This document shows, piece by piece, positions 42,080 through 53,960 of a stretch of 64,000 nt of DNA (positions are counted from its first letter, which is position 1; each line of letters begins with the position of its first letter). The notes under the pieces were generated by a model. The model was not told where the DNA came from and made no database searches. It was given only the letters and a program-made list of their open reading frames with translations. Position numbers and translations under genes: made by a program. This DNA is from Octopus sinensis (Eukaryota), in the NCBI RefSeq assembly GCF_006345805.1, contig NC_042998.1, positions 201,934,001-201,998,000 of the forward strand, in the 5' to 3' direction.

Positions 42080-42337
42080 CTTCATCGATATCAACAATCC
42101 TATAGCTAAGAATGGTTATCATATTAAAAACATTTATTTTTGTTTTTAGCTACACTCGGGTAGAATAGGCGGAACCGATTTGACAAATACCTGATGGACG
42201 TAGTGAATCATGAATGAAGGAAGATATATATATTTTCCCATTAAAGAGATTAGTATCACAACCACTTGTATCTTCTTGTAATTTATAGTTTTCACAGTGA
42301 GATCACGATTGAATATTGTTCAACACTTTATATGTGA

Positions 42338-42701
42338 CTAGAACTATGACCCCGCAACGCTGGGTCATAGTGCTAGTGCATGCATATACAGCTGCGTGCG
42401 TGCGCACATACACGCGAGTTCTGTCAAAATCTCCGACCAATCACATACAGCTAGCTGGCATTCAATTGGCCTATCAAGTTCCGGGCATTTTGATTGGGTT
42501 TTTGGATAGAAAATTCACCAAAAAGTCACTTCTATTGATTTTTAATGGTTTTGCGGGGAGACTGAGGAAATGTAAAGACGTGCACGACCACCCTTGGACG
42601 GTTTTGAACCACCATAGAAAGTGCGAGTCCTCTAACTAAAAAATTGTGGATTTGTATAAAGGACACACCCATAGACATTTTGCCGTTTATATATAGAGAG
42701 A
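42338..42701 (-). mobile_element. Non-autonomous Helitron
   Basis: The minus strand begins TC (tctctctatatataaacggcaaaatgtc) after A and ends CTAG before T. The subterminal hairpin ctatgaccc..gggtcatag lies at 42344-42370. Confidence 0.85.
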
Positions 42702-42762
42702 TATTGAATTTCAACTATCCACAATTACGATACGTCGGGTATTTCATTATTATAAAAGCATA

Positions 42763-42842
<80 letters not shown>

Positions 42843-43020
42843 AGTAACAATGAAGGGTGAAATTAATTAATTTGGAATAATTATCAATTACACCAAGTAG
42901 TCTTCGGCATGTAAAAGCCTCATTCGAGGAAAATTTAAGTAATACTAAGCAATTAAGGGTTTAGCAACGAATTGCCTTACCGCAGTAAGGCAATTCGTTG
43001 CCAAACCCTTAATTGCTTAG

Positions 43021-43022
<2 letters not shown>
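42843..43022 (-). mobile_element. Truncated (TA)n-anchored element ending in a ~38 bp-stem hairpin
   Basis: Terminus gggtgaaattaattaatt..atcaattacaccaagta resembles the reverse complement of 26040-26090. Hairpin arms 42943-42980 and 42985-43022 have one mismatch and a cgca loop. Confidence 0.75.
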
Positions 43023-43051
<29 letters not shown>

Positions 43052-43123
43052 TATATATAGTAGGTAGGTAAATAGATAGATAAATAGATAGATAGATAGA
43101 CAGATAGATATACAGATAGATAA

Positions 43124-43162
<39 letters not shown>

Positions 43163-43239
43163 TGTGTGTATATATATAACATACGCATACACACATTCAT
43201 GCATACACGCACACACAGGCATTCTGTCTGTCTGTCTGC

Positions 43240-43291
<52 letters not shown>

Positions 43292-43538
43292 CACGCATAT
43301 ATATGTATATTTCGTGATAAAAACCGATATTGAAGTAAAATAAAGCCGTTGGTGTGCACCAATAAAAAAAAAAGAAATCAAATATTGGTCATTAATCATG
43401 AGCAAAGACACCAAAGTTCCAGTCTACTAAGTCCTGAGAAAATGCTATTATATTGGGAACAGAATGGTCATGTATAGAAAATCCAATATTGGCACAAGAA
43501 ATAAGAGTGTGTACGGTTGTCATACGAACTTAGATATA

Positions 43539-43578
<40 letters not shown>

Positions 43579-43713
43579 TATATATACATGATATCATTTT
43601 CAAAAAAACTGATGGGGTGACAGATATATGAAGTTAACAGAGACAAGTAGGTAACGTACGTCTTCACTAAATGAACGAGAATACCATATATAATCTGAGA
43701 TACTGAATATATC

Positions 43714-43762
<49 letters not shown>

Positions 43763-44460
43763 TATATATACATATATATGTATGTATGTATGTATGTATA
43801 TAGTATGTATATATATATGTATATATGTATATATATAGAGATATATATATATATATGTAGGTCCCGGGTTGAGTCGGAGTAAACCACAGTAAATAAGGTA
43901 CGCAATACATAGCAGAGTAAAGTAATTTATTTTATAGAAGGAGCTATATATATATAGCGAGTCAGATATCCTATTTTTCGGGTATCTCTTTTGTGTTTGA
44001 ACGTACACTGTATTCTTCTTTGAATAATGTATAGTCTATTGACTAATTTTTTTCTTTTTCACTAGACCACTGGTAACTAAGAATTTTTCTATGAATATTC
44101 TTACTACTCTAAGATTTTAATTAATAATAAATATATATAAATACATATGTATATATATATATACATTGTGTTCCTTTTGTATTATCATTTGTCCTGGGTT
44201 AACTCACCAAAAAGAAAATGCTTTGTGATCAGTTCGCTTCCTATGCGGACTGCATACTCATTCAATCATAAGGAGTGCTGAATTAACAGAATGCCAATCA
44301 TGGTAGACCGACTGCGTTCGAAGACTTTAACTTTACTTCCATTTACACTTGGTTACACATTATACAGCGAAGAAGCTAGCCGTTTCATAAGCCTTCAGTG
44401 AGATAGCCCAGGTGTCGCATACATATAGTAAGAAAGACAAAACGCCAACATACATAACAC

Positions 44461-44885
44461 GAAGGAGGAGGAGGAGGAGGAGGAGGAGAAGGAGAAGGAT
44501 GAGAAGAAGAAGAAGAAGAAGGAGGGGGAGGAGGAGGAGGAGAACAAGAAGAAGAAGAAGAAAAAGAAGAAGGAGGAGGAGGAGGGGGAGCAGCAGCAGA
44601 AGAAGAAGAAAGAGGAGAAGGAGGGGGAGTAGAAGAAGAAGGAGGAGGAGGAGGAGAAGAAGAAGAAGAAGGAGGACGACGACGACGACGACGAAGGGGA
44701 GGAGGAGGAGGAGAAGGAGAAGAAGGAGTAGAAGAAGGAGGAGGACGAGAGGGAGAAGGAGGATAAGGAGAAGAAGAAGAAGAAGAAGAAGAAGAAGAAG
44801 AAGACGAAGAAGAAGAAGACGAAGAAGAAGAAGAAAAAGAAGAAGAAGAAGAAGAAGGAGAAGAAGAAGAAGAAGAAAAAAAAGA
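44461..44885. repeat. ~425 bp polypurine (GAA/GGA)n tract
   Basis: Directly visible. Source of the poly-Arg pseudo-ORF 44412-45074. Confidence 0.95.
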
Positions 44886-45211
44886 AGGAATATTAGATTC
44901 CTTGCTCTCTATATTATCATAAACATTGGAACGGAAAAGCTCCTATACGGTTGCCAGCATGCTAGAAATAAGAACCAAGTTGTCAGAAACCACAACCCAC
45001 AAACTGTAAATGGAAATTGTACATTGAATAACGTAGTGGTAGATAAGCAAAATCATAGGATGGTTACGTTTTGATTGCCTTACAAGTGGGCTAATGTGTA
45101 GTTAACCAAAATTAATACATTGAGCTCAAGGTAACATTTTTGAATAGACCTATGATGAAATACATTTCACTCACAATGATCTCAAAGATGGTGCTTCTAG
45201 AATAAATTCAT

Positions 45212-45425
45212 TACTCTTTTATTCTTTTACTTGTTTCAGTCATTTGACTGCGGCCATGCTGGAGCACCGCCTTTAGTCGAGCAACTCGACCCCGGGACTT
45301 ATTCTTTTTGTAAGCCCAGTACTTATTCTATCGGTCTCTTTTTGCCGAAACGCTAAGTGACGGGGACGTAAACACACCAGCATCGGTTGTCAAGCAATGC
45401 TAGGGGAACATACACAGACACACAA

Positions 45426-45458
<33 letters not shown>

Positions 45459-45629
45459 CATACATACGACAGGCTTCTTTCAGTTTCCGTCTACCAAATC
45501 CACTCACCAGACATTGGTCGGCCCGGGGCTATAGCAGAAGACACTTTCCCAAGATGCCACGCAGTGGGACTGAACCCGGAACCATGTGGTTGGTTAGCAA
45601 GCTACTTACAACACAGCCACTCCTGCGCC
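45212..45629 (-). mobile_element. tRNA-derived SINE, full length (6773-7200 family)
   Basis: Reverse complement from head cactcctgcgcc to tail ttactcttttattcttttac. Confidence 0.92.
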
Positions 45630-46358
45630 CTATTTGCATATTTTAAGAGAGTAGGATTTGTTATTTCAAACAGGTCAAACTATCAGGTAGAGATTCCCTT
45701 GCGGGATCGAATTGGTTATTTCAGTCGTTATTGACGTCGTCATTGCTATAGTTACCATCAGAAGTGTCTTGAAATTGTATCTGTAACACCTCAAATATTC
45801 TTACAACAATTGCTCTTACATTTCGTCGGTGGTCTTTTGTTCATGTTACATGAAATTTCTTCATGCATAACCTAGTAAGAAATTCTTTGATTTTATTGTA
45901 TTTTCTATCTTTACTATCAGTTTCATTATTCACGAAATTACTGTTAATGGCTGACCGAGCTTATTTTTATTATCTTAATCAAATGAGCTTTCCTCATTAA
46001 TTTTTTTCTCTCAGCTATTTTCTTTTCTTTCTATTAAGAATGAATGCTACGTTGTTCAGTAATATTCAATATTTCGGTATTGTTTTGCATTTTAGTCCGT
46101 ATTTAACAATAGACTCTTTCTTTTAACTCACTGTTGTTTGGAAATATCCTTTCGTATTTAGTTAGTCATGTGTAACGGAGAATTAATGGCAGCACTGGCA
46201 TCTGTTTATTCATTAATATACGAAGCGCTACATATAGATTTACATTCAGAGATACACATGGACACAGAGCAATTACATAAATACATACACTGCTTTCCAT
46301 CTTGCTCCTTTTCTCTCTCTCTCTCTATCTTTATATCGCTCTATCGCTATCTATCCAT

Positions 46359-46407
<49 letters not shown>

Positions 46408-46510
46408 ATAGTAATGCAATACGAGAGTATTGCTTTCCAGTAAAGGATAGCCCGTGAGGGCAAAATTATGCATAAAAGTAAATAAATCGTTGTGCCATTT
46501 AGTTACTTTA

Positions 46511-46548
<38 letters not shown>

Positions 46549-46557
46549 CACATATAC

Positions 46558-46620
<63 letters not shown>

Positions 46621-46927
46621 ATACATATACATATATATATATATATATTTAACTCATACATACACAACTCACATGCACATATATCGATTATAAAATTTGT
46701 ACACATTCACATAGACACACACACATACCCATGCACACCACATATGTGTGTATCTCTATATATCTATGTACATATATAATGGAGTTCGCTGTAAAATCCC
46801 TCTAGTTAAACATACATATTGAAGTTGAGCTGAGTAAACGCATGTAATTTATATAAATATGTATTTAGTTCACTATCGAGAGTATTTCCTCTCATGTTAC
46901 TGCAATCACACACACACACACACACAC

Positions 46928-46979
<52 letters not shown>

Positions 46980-46991
46980 TTATATATATAG

Positions 46992-47175
46992 GGAAAGTTC
47001 ACGAAAAAAACAAAAAACGAAGACAGGTGTTGCACAAAACAAACAGATGTATTAGCATAACTCTCAGGTACTGAAAAAGTCTTTTACATTTCGAGCGTAC
47101 GCTCTTCTACAGAAAGGGACACAGAAAAAATAAGGAGAAAAATAAGGAGAGAGAGAAAATATGTGTCTAGTGGCT
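46992..47175 (-). mobile_element. Microsatellite-flanked element with an HHR-like motif (CUGUAGA family)
   Basis: The minus strand at 47081-47116 reads cttt-CTGTAGA-A-gagc-gtac-gctc-GAAAT-GTA-aaag. The downstream sequence matches 50240-50335 and 57181-57250. Confidence 0.7.
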
Positions 47176-47374
47176 ATATATGTATATATATATATTACTA
47201 TATGTGTGTATATATATGTACGCAAACGCACACACGCACATACACACACGCACTCACATACACTACACACACACCCACAGCTACCACCACCCGCATACAC
47301 TCACACGCACAGGGTTACTGCCACACAGACACTTGCTATTATACACGCTCGCGCATAGCCGCGCATACACACGG

Positions 47375-47610
47375 ATACCTATTTCTGTACTACCCACAAG
47401 GGGCTAAACACAGAGAGGACAAACAAGGACAGACAAACGGATTAAGTCGATTACATCGACCCCAATGCGTAACTGGTACTTAATTTATCGACCCCGAAAG
47501 GATGAAAGGCAAGGTTGACCTCGGCGGAATTTGAACACAGAAGGTAACGGCAGACGAAATACGGCTAAGCATTTCGCCCGGCGTGCTAACGTTTCTGCCA
47601 GCTCGCCGCC
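47375..47610 (-). mobile_element. tRNA-derived SINE, second family, with a Meta-domain-like core
   Basis: The minus strand reads ggcggcgagctggcagaaacgttagc..gttcaaattcc..cttgcctttcatcctttcggggtcgataaattaagtaccag. The domain name is from recollection. Confidence 0.85.
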
Positions 47611-48329
47611 CTAATACACACTTATGCTTTCCCCTCTTAGAACGAACTTTGTCCTTCGTCCATTCCATTCTGGTAATATCAAAACGTAACCACATGTGGA
47701 TTGTTTTCGATTTTCCCCCGTCTTTCATTTCTTCTGGAATTTCTTCTGTCTCCTGATTCTGGAGAAAGTAAAACACCCTTTCTTTCCTTCCATGAACGTC
47801 TCTTAATAAATTGCATGCACCACGTACGCATGTTGATGTTTTTTTTTATGTTTCCTTTTCGCTTTTTGGGATTATATATATATATATATATATATATCAC
47901 TCTATATCTATATATATATATACTTATATTTATATTTACTTATATTTATATTCTCTTTTTTATATATATTCTACTTATTATACATTACTCTTTTATGTAC
48001 ACTGTTTTATGTACATTCCTTTACGTACACTGATTTGTTCTGCTTTTTTATGTTTAACCCTACAGTCTCTTATGTGGTGGTTTAATAAAGTATGTGATTG
48101 AGTATTATCTGGTAATTGATATTTGATTTAGATGTATTTCTCCATTTTCTTATCTTGTATTAGTAATTTGTGGTAAATCATTTTACCTTTGCCCATATAA
48201 TACAGTAAATGAATTGATTGGATCGCAATCCTTAACATTTATGTATTAACTTTGTTGGGTACTTCACTAGAAGTATATTGGATATATGTTATACCATGGA
48301 GGGTTTCATTTACAACCCCTATCTCAATT

Positions 48330-48364
<35 letters not shown>

Positions 48365-48550
48365 AATATTAGGAAATAAATCCAAATTTACAGGGAAAAA
48401 TCAGATTTAGGATTGAATCCAATTTTATAGTAAAATATTATATTATATTAAATTAGAGACAAAACCACTATTATGCAAATCAAACAAAGAAAGACTTAAG
48501 CCAATACATTAATTAATTTATATAAATTTAGAAATTTAACAATTATAAAT

Positions 48551-48611
48551 AACCACTACGATCGTTTCATGTCTTATTTCAGCACATCTTTGAGACATTC
48601 TTCAGGTGGTT
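48551..48611 (-). ncRNA. Minimal type I hammerhead ribozyme
   Basis: Exact reverse complement of 48753-48813. Confidence 0.85.
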
Positions 48612-48752
48612 TCAAAACCTAAAATATAATCAATATTTTTAAGATATAAATAATCTATATAATCTACATAAAAATTTACTTATAATAAACTCAATTATTA
48701 AATATGATTATATCGAAATCGACTATTATATTGATTATATTTTAGGTTTTGA

Positions 48753-48813
48753 AACCACCTGAAGAATGTCTCAAAGATGTGCTGAAATAAGACATGAAAC
48801 GATCGTAGTGGTT
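48753..48813 (+). ncRNA. Minimal type I hammerhead ribozyme, predicted cleavage after A48807
   Basis: AACCAC-CTGAAGA-ATGTCT(17-nt loop)AGACAT-GAAAC-GATC-GTA-GTGGTT: 6 bp stem I, 6 bp stem II, canonical core, and a 2 bp stem III with palindromic loop. Confidence 0.88.
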
Positions 48814-48920
48814 ATTTATAATTGTTAAATTTCTAAGTTTATATACATTAATTAATGTATTGGCTTAAGTCTTTCTTTGTTTGATTTGCATAATAGTGGT
48901 TTTGTCTCTAATTTAATATA

Positions 48921-49009
<89 letters not shown>

Positions 49010-49276
49010 ATATATATATTTAAAATAAGGTGAAAAATTGAATATTAATTTGAATAATATCAATTTAAAAGCAGTGGTCTAGCATATTGAAAATCTGAAG
49101 TTTCAGAAATATTTATATTACATATATATAAGAGGGATGACCGGTAAATGGACTTCCATTATACTATAAGATCCGCTATGGTCATACTACTAAGAAACGA
49201 ATGTTCCCTAGAAAATTTTGTAAATGCCAGAACGTAAGTGAGCAAGACAAATGAAAAGATACAAAATATAGATTAA

Positions 49277-49346
49277 TCACAAAACAGGTTTCGTTGTTAT
49301 CGCTTGCGTAATCATTTACATAATTGTCCGCAACTCATCAGTGTGA
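49277..49346 (-). ncRNA. Candidate type I hammerhead ribozyme in a (TA)n-anchored element starting at about 49022
   Basis: The minus strand reads TCACA-CTGATGA-GTT(GCG..CGC)..AAC-GAAAC-CTG-TTT-TGTGA: perfect 5 bp stem I and core, weak stem III. Confidence 0.6.
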
Positions 49347-49419
49347 GCGTTTTGCAAATATAATTTCCAGAACTATACACGAGACGTCTACATGACCTTG
49401 AACATGTATACAGTACCAT

Positions 49420-49456
<37 letters not shown>

Positions 49457-49618
49457 TATACCTACCTCTCACACTGTCTCTCTCTCTCTCTCCGTATATA
49501 TATATGGGGCACTAAACTTTTACAAATTTCACTACCATTGGTCTAGCATGTATAAAAAGCCAATAGACGACATAATATTCAATATAAAATAGCGTACAGT
49601 TAAACACAAGAAGAAATT

Positions 49619-49719
49619 ACCTATAACAGGCAATTTCTACACGCTATGGGACAGTCAAAATGACTGGGTTTTCAGTCGTTTTTACTGTCCCCTACGTGTA
49701 GAAATTGCCTGTTATAGGT
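49619..49719. mobile_element. ~100 bp hairpin / tiny MITE
   Basis: acctataacaggcaatttctacacg pairs perfectly with cgtgtagaaattgcctgttataggt. Inner pairing gggacagt/actgtccc and aaaatgactg/cagtcgtttt. Confidence 0.75.
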
Positions 49720-49989
49720 GTTTAAATGTACACCCACCCCTACACATTCCTACTCCACCTTCCCTATCCTTCCCATCCCCACATCCTATCCCAGACACCC
49801 TCTGCCTACCTACAACCCCAATTCTACCCCAACCCTCAGCCCAACCCACACCCCTCCCGTGCTTTCCCCACTCTCACCTCCCCCACCTCCCAACAACATC
49901 ACACCACACCACACTACACCATACAACATTACACATCACATCACAACACACCACCCACACACTCATCCCCACATTTTCACGCCTACACA

Positions 49990-50335
49990 TACATACACGC
50001 GCACGTCCAGACCACCAGCCCTCTTCGACAGGCATACTCTCTTATACACATACGCACCTTCGTGTTAGTGTCATCTTTACTTTGTTATCTCCCCTACTTC
50101 TCCCCCCTAGTGTGTGACCCTTCTGTCTGGCAATCATCATGACATATCGTTAGACACTACACACATTTTTTTCTCTCCTTTTTTGTCTCCTTGCTTTTTC
50201 TGCGTCCGTTTCTGTAGAAGAGCGTAGACTCGAAACGTAAAAGACTTTTTCAATTCCTGAGCGTTATACTAATACATATGTTTGTTTTGTACACAACCTG
50301 TGTTCGTCTTTTGTTTCTTCGTAAACCCCTCTCTC
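49990..50335 (+). mobile_element. Element with an HHR-like motif (CUGUAGA family)
   Basis: 50209-50242 reads ttt-CTGTAGA-A-gagc-gtag-actc-GAAAC-GTA-aaa. Same family as 46992-47175. The 5' boundary is approximate. Confidence 0.7.
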
Positions 50336-50345
50336 TCTCTCTCTC

Positions 50346-50383
<38 letters not shown>

Positions 50384-50385
50384 TA

Positions 50386-50418
<33 letters not shown>

Positions 50419-50530
50419 GGCGCAGGAGTGGTTGTGTGGTAAGTAGCTTGCTAACCAACCATATGGTTCCGGTTTCAGTCCCACTGCGTGACATCTTAGA
50501 GGAAACTGAGAGAGGCCTGTCGTATATATG

Positions 50531-50561
<31 letters not shown>

Positions 50562-50780
50562 TTGTGTGTGTGTGTTTTTCCCCCTAGCATTGCTTGACAA
50601 CCGATGCGGGTGTGTTTACATCCCCGTCACATTAGCGGTTCGGCAAAAGAGACCGATAGAATAAGTACTGGGCTTACAAAGAATAAGTCCGGGGGTCGAT
50701 TTTCTCGACTAAAGGCGGTGCTCCAGCATGGCCGCAGTCAAATGACAAGTAAACGAGTAAAAGAGTAAAAGAGTAAAGAG
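50419..50780 (+). mobile_element. tRNA-derived SINE (6773-7200 family) with an internal deletion
   Basis: The head is intact to cactgcgtgacatctt, then jumps to ggaaactgag. The 3' half is intact. Confidence 0.9.
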
Positions 50781-50818
<38 letters not shown>

Positions 50819-51683
50819 CGTATGTGTGTGTGCTTTGTTTGTGGGTGTGTCTGTATGTGTGTTGTGTGTGTGTGTATGTACGAATGTATGTATGTAGCGT
50901 CGCGTGTATATTCCTGAAATCGATTTCAGGCGTTATTCTCTCCATTTTTGACCTCACATTTGGAAATCTCAACTTTTTTTCTATTGCACCAAATTTCAAA
51001 TTTCGTAGCTGCAAATGTTTATTAGAGGATGATCAAACTAAAATTGTAAAAACATCATCAAATTTGGGAAAAAAATATTCTAAATTAGTGACAAAATCTA
51101 GAAGTAGTCCCGTGGGATAAATGTTGACGTTCAGAATATTATTCATACACGACAGTATTAGAATGATATTCATTACAATATAGAGTTTCAATGAATATGA
51201 GATAGATATCTGCAAGAAACTTAAATACTGAATTGAATCAATCATTTTGTAATATTGATTTCCTATTTTGGTAGAAGGCCATCAAATCCCGAGGCGAGGG
51301 AAATTGGTACTCATTTTATCGAGGAGAGAAAAGATAAAAAACAAAGACGATCTTGGTGGAATTTGAACTCAAAATGTAGAAGCAAACAAAATGCCCCGAA
51401 GTTTTCACGTTGCGTGTTGTAATAAATATTAATATTTGAAAATTATTTTACGCACTTTTCGCACGTATAGCTTATACGATAACTTTTTTTTTTCATTCTG
51501 AATATTTTTTTGAAAAGACTAGCGTCACAACAATCGTCTTGATGAGGTCTATCATATGAGCGAAACAAAAACAAAATTATTTCATAAAAACAAAATGTTT
51601 AGGTTTTGAATTTGCTGAGTTAGTGACAAAACTGAGTTAGTGATAAATCCTAAATGGCGTTGTGGGTGAGTAAATGTTGACCT

Positions 51684-51917
51684 TACTCTTTACTCATTTC
51701 TCTTTTACTCTTTTACTCTTTTACTTGTTTCAGTCATTTGAATGCGGCCATGCTGGAGTACCGCCTTTAGTCGAGCAAATCGACCCCGGGACTTATTCTT
51801 TGTAAGCCCAGTACTTATTCTATCGGTCTCTTTTTGCCGAACTGCTAAGTGACGGGGACGTAAACACACCAGCATCGGTTGTCAAGCAATGCTAGGGAGA
51901 CAAACACAGACACACAA

Positions 51918-51961
<44 letters not shown>

Positions 51962-52125
51962 TACGACAGGCTTCTTTCAGTTTCCGTCTACCAAATCCAC
52001 TCACAAGGCATTGGTCGGCCCGGGCTATAGCAGAAGACAGTTGCCCAAGATGCCACGCAGTGGGACTGAACCCGGAACCATGAGGTTGGTTAGCAAGCTA
52101 CTTACCACACAGCCACTCCTACACC
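51684..52125 (-). mobile_element. tRNA-derived SINE, full length (6773-7200 family)
   Basis: Reverse complement from head cagccactcctacacc to (ttactct)n tail. Confidence 0.92.
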
Positions 52126-52691
52126 TTAAGTGTATTATTCACACAATTCCGTGTGTCAATGATATTTTTTGAAAAGAGGAACACCACCACACTCGTCTTG
52201 ATGAGTTCCATTATATGAGGTAAAAACAAAATTTAAATAGGTTTAGAATTTGATTTTAGGCGTTACCACATTTTTCGGCACATTTGGCCCAGTAGTTCCT
52301 TTTTTTATATATATAGTTATCATGATTGGCTTCCCCTAGTGGAGATCTATCAGAAAAGTTGAGTTTAAATATGTTTGGTTTTCTTTTGAAATAAGAATAA
52401 TATTGGGAGTCAAAGTCGTTTTCAGGCGTTAATTTCCTCTTTTTTTCTTTGACTGGCTTTTACCTCCTTATTTTTTTCTACTGAAAATTTCGGATATGAG
52501 TCACGTGTATAAATTCCTCTCGCTGCGATCTATCAGTGAAAATATAATATAGATTTCTTTAAAAAACTAATTGGACTCAAAGTCGGTTTCAGACGTTACT
52601 CTCCCGGATTTTACCTCACATATTTTATTGAAACTTTTTTCTACCTAAGCAATTTTTAAATATTGTAACTGAAAATATAGCTTAGGATGTG

Positions 52692-52755
<64 letters not shown>

Positions 52756-52829
52756 CATGCACACATACTCACATAAATATATGTATCTGTGGGGGTGTAA
52801 ATGTGTGGGGGTGTGGGGGTGTATTTGAA

Positions 52830-53000
52830 GGAGTTGTTGATTTGTTTACGACTCGTAACTTAGCGGTTTCATAAAAAGAGATTGGTAGAATAAGTGCCAA
52901 GCTTTAAAACATTACCAGGTTCGATTTATTTGACTAATATTTTTTGAAGGTGGTGTCTCATTATGGCCGCAATGTAATATCTGAAACAGATAAAAGATAC
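52830..53000 (+). mobile_element. Old degraded SINE 3' half
   Basis: cgtaacttagcggtttc..tagaataagtgcc..tggccgcaatgtaatatctgaaacagataaaaga. Confidence 0.65.
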
Positions 53001-53129
53001 TCATTATCATGAAATATCGTCAGTAGAAATATATATACATATATATATATATATATTGTTTGAATGTATCGTAACGAGCTGATGAAATAGACACACCACC
53101 CTTAGCCCAAAAATAAAAGAGGAAAAAGA

Positions 53130-53580
53130 ATGCGTTCTCGCTCGTACACATTTCTCCGTACACCTTGTAGCAATGATCTATGCACCTCCCCTGGATCAGC
53201 CAGGTGTGGATATCAAATGTTATTTTGTTATACGACTCTTCAGCTTGGCGAGGTTTTGGTCAAGGTCTCTCATGAATCTCGAACATCAGTATGCCGATGC
53301 GAACATGACACTTAGTCACTTGTGCTTAGAAATGCTAGAAGCTCTCAATAATTTCACCGATGTGTATCAATTTGGTGCAAGGTAACTAATAACATTTTCG
53401 CTCAATCAGCTCCAACATCTCCCCTTCGGGACTTCAACATCATCATTCCGGGGAAAACCATTGGATTAAATTAATCCACTTGCATAGGTTGCAAGTGTGT
53501 TCTCTAGCAACTGGAGGCCTGAGCAAGATGTGGAACGAAGTATCGGATCCGATTACTCATCTTTCCTAAACTAACAAAAC
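53130..53580 (+). mobile_element. Possible L1/Tx1-like APE endonuclease relic
   Basis: Only weak motifs: LVAMIYAP and LRDFNII (cf. GDFN). Their spacing is longer than expected. Confidence 0.25.
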
Positions 53581-53718
53581 ATGTAGTAAAAAACATAGAC
53601 TAACTTTTGATGGCGAAAATTATGGTTTAACAAGCTGTTGTCGCATCCACGTTCTTATATGATTGTATAAATTTTACTCAGTGGTAGAAGTCCAAACGCA
53701 TTCATCAACTGAAACTTC

Positions 53719-53757
<39 letters not shown>

Positions 53758-53784
53758 AACACTTACTAGTTTGATTAATATCTC

Positions 53785-53960
53785 CAAAATCTCTGCCATG
53801 GGAAGAGCGAATAGCCAGAATATCAAATCCCTAATCATCAAGCATTATATTCGATGTCACGATGAAAGACTGTCGCATCAATTTCTCTTCAGCGAACTGA
53901 CAACCAGGAAGAGACAAAGAGATGCCCATTACCATAACAATATAACAAAAAAACTTAGTT
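53785..53960 (+). mobile_element. Short RTE LINE 3' fragment
   Basis: RANSQNIKSLIIKHYIRCHDERLSHQFLFSELTTRKRQR (cf. RMxDxRLPKQLLYxEL..GKR). Confidence 0.6.

Larger units (their letters stand above)
48361..48928 (-). mobile_element. (TA)n-flanked non-coding element with ~200 bp inverted arms, each with an intact HHR motif
   Basis: Arms at about 48436-48636 and 48728-48928 are near-identical reverse complements around a ~90 bp AT-rich spacer. The left copy extends to about 48361. Confidence 0.9.

Noticed and set aside
44412-45074. 220-aa Arg-rich protamine-like ORF
   Set aside because: It is the translation of a (GAA/GGA)n microsatellite, with no supporting gene structure.
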